Shown in pieces: positions 61,780-64,000 of a DNA stretch of 64,000 bases. Origin of the DNA: Haliotis rubra (Eukaryota). The stretch covers positions 62,001 to 126,000 of the forward strand of contig NW_025765402.1 of assembly GCF_003918875.1 (NCBI RefSeq). The letters are read 5' to 3'. The translations under genes and the position numbers were made by a program. The stretch's first letter is position 1; each line of letters starts with the position of its first letter. A model generated the notes under the pieces. The model saw only the letters and a list, made by a program, of their open reading frames with translations, did no database searches and was not told the DNA's origin.

Positions 61780-63666
61780 CATGCCACACAGACTTCTCAA
61801 GGACGAGATTGACGCTTTACTCCTGAATCAAAAAATCTTTTCCAAGGAAGAATACACAAGAAAGGAATCATTTTAATAATTTTAGATGTCCATGTGCACT
61901 GACTGTGTTGGAGAGAACTTACTGAAGAACATAACATTTAATATCACATCTAACAGTGATTATGTAATTCGTGCAGTGACCTGAGATGTGAGATGGGAAA
62001 ACACCAAAGATCTAACATTGCAAGGAAGGCTATTTCCGTTTGTCAGGCCAACACTGTGTATGGTTTCTGGTTAGTTGAACAGCATCTAAATATGAACTCA
62101 AACGAGGACATTGCCTAGACTTTTCACGGAGTGTGAACAATATATTTGTGATACTGTTTATATTTCGAAGCGTAAAATGCAGAAAGATTCATTTGTTGTC
62201 GTTTTCATCGAAATTATTACAAATTCAAATGGAGTTTTTCAGGATATGTTCTGGTTAGTGCATAATCGAAACCATATGATGGCTTCTGTATCTGAATGGT
62301 GACGTCTCAGAGTAAATATCCATACAGTGGTACAATAAAATAACTGATATGTGTCTGATATGTGTCGTATTTACACGTTGTCTGTTCGATTTAATTCCCG
62401 GGCCATGAGTTGCAGAGAGCCGAAATTACTTTCTTTGAAAGGAGATCAAGAGTAATACAATAATTAAGTGTAGATAAAGACTGTCAAATGCATTATGCAG
62501 TAATACTTTTCACAAGAACATGCTCACACTGTACACAATGTGTTCTGAAAATGAATAAAAAATGGAGGTATTTACAAACTTAAGAAAAAAATGATTTTAA
62601 TTCTATTTGCCAAGTGCTAATTTCTGTAGAACTATTTTGGCATCGACTGTTTCAGCAAATTCTATCAATTACTCAACTATCCTGATCAAACGATTGGCTT
62701 GCAGCTCTTCATTCATATACATAAGGACTTAAAGCTATCGATATTTCATGGGTAATATTCTCCGAGAGTCAAACGTTGTTTGATAACTAATTGTAGGGGT
62801 ACTGGGCTGTAGGGCTTATGGAATGTTATGTGGTTGTTTGAGACAGAGAGAATGAGATGGGTCCCGTTGTCTAACCCGGATGCTGGTTAGTTATTGTACA
62901 TTTTACGAATGCATCTATCGTCATGAAGCTTTATACAGCCACCTTGCTGGAGTTATATATCTCGTAAGTTCAGAGAAAACATATTGACGATAAAATTTAA
63001 CTTTACTTATTTACAAAATGTTGAAACATGTGTCACGAGTTTGCGTGTCTAACCATCGTGTTTGTAATACACGTTCATTTCTTAGACAGTATGTGAGGGT
63101 GGTATCAAGTACCCTGTATTGTTTGAAATCAAGAACATCTGTACCTGTGTATTTTGGAAGTCATATGTTATATTTTCAGTTCAGTAGGTACATGGCTGCA
63201 AGTACACATTTGTGCCATATAAAGGCTGTTTAAGTCTGGGGCGGAGGGGTAGCCTCGTGGTTAGTCTTAGTCTCAAAAGAGAGGGGTGAGCTTCGTTTTC
63301 CGAGCACAACTCGGAAACCGTTCAATATCTTCCTACAAGACTTGGTAGATATATCAAACAGAAGCTAAATAACTAACACTGATAACTATCGATGGACAAG
63401 GATGCTGTCCCATTTGCGTTTGTCTTTGAGGATTTATCCGATGATGTTGCCAAATGTAATTCAGCGGGTATTAATGTCATTATTTTCATTTACTTCAGAA
63501 CTGTCCAGACATACAAATATCCAGTAGTACGAAGGTAAAACTATGAAAAGGGAAGTTGAGGGAAGTCATAGTGGCGTTTAGAGTTTGAAGAACATGCTTG
63601 TAATAAAACGTCGGTGTTTGGCAATGGTTCAGAAAGTCTTTTTTAAAAAGGTATATATGCATGCAT

Positions 63667-63771
63667 TGCTCATGATGTTGATCACTAGATTGTCTGGTCC
63701 AGTCTCGATTATTTACAGACCGCCGCCATATAGCTGGAATAGTGCAGCGTAAAACTAAACTCAATCACTCA
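63667..63771 (+). mobile_element. 5'-truncated family B retroposon
   Basis: GCTCATGATGTTGATCACT...ACCGCCGCCATATAGCTGGAATA. Confidence 0.85.
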
Positions 63772-63990
63772 TATAGTCACCTTCGTTCTCCTGCTGTTCA
63801 CAAGGGTAATTTCCCCTGCGATATTTGTAGCCGGGCCATATAACCAGGCAGTCACCACAGGCAGGTCAACCAGCCGGCTCGCCCAAGTCCCAGTCAGAAT
63901 AGGTCATCGTTTCTCCACTGGGATACCATCTCCACATTCCTTCCACCTGCGCATCTGTACCCCCCGATCCAGGTTGGATATGACACACAT
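63772..63990 (-). pseudogene. C-type lectin 4 CRD exon, pseudogenised (EPA motif)
   Basis: Reads TWIGG/TDAQVEGMWRWYPSGETMTYSDWDLGEPAG*PACGDCLVIWPGYKYRRGNYPCEQQENEGDY. It has a +1 frameshift in a G run, an in-frame TGA, and ends at a family B insertion. It is absent from the ORF track. Confidence 0.82.
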
Positions 63991-64000
63991 CCCAAGAACA

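Overview
This is eukaryotic, intron-rich, repeat-rich DNA from a gastropod mollusc. It is most consistent with abalone (Haliotis), inferred from the SINE/LINE families with (ACTC)n tails and the perlucin-like lectins. No prokaryotic features, CRISPR arrays, rRNA or intact tRNA genes were seen. Manual splice reconstruction gives a cluster of secreted and cell-surface recognition genes. (i) A decayed type I membrane protein at the left edge. (ii) A secreted protein with two Ly6/uPAR-like (three-finger) domains, an ShKT domain and a His/Thr-rich mucin region (14390-19557, 3' end unresolved). (iii) Four single-CRD C-type lectin loci with different sugar-binding motifs: QPG (frameshifted), EPN, EPD and an EPA pseudogene. 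(iv) A SUEL-lectin-like transmembrane receptor with six cytoplasmic Tyr motifs. (v) Two tandem paralogous CUB-like single-pass receptors ending in PDZ-binding motifs. Repeats include three retroposon families with a shared 3' tail, a Nin+CORE SINE, Nimb/I and RTEX LINE fragments, hAT and Tc1 remnants, MITE-like palindromes, and 50-, 30- and 91-bp tandem arrays. There are three N gaps. The most unusual observations are an in-register array of ligand-binding-segment pseudo-cassettes in the last intron of the EPN lectin, repeated tandem duplication at 5' splice sites, a 5' hairpin shared by the LINE and a non-autonomous family, and a Penelope-like hammerhead palindrome. All gene models were built by eye and are not supported by RNA data.
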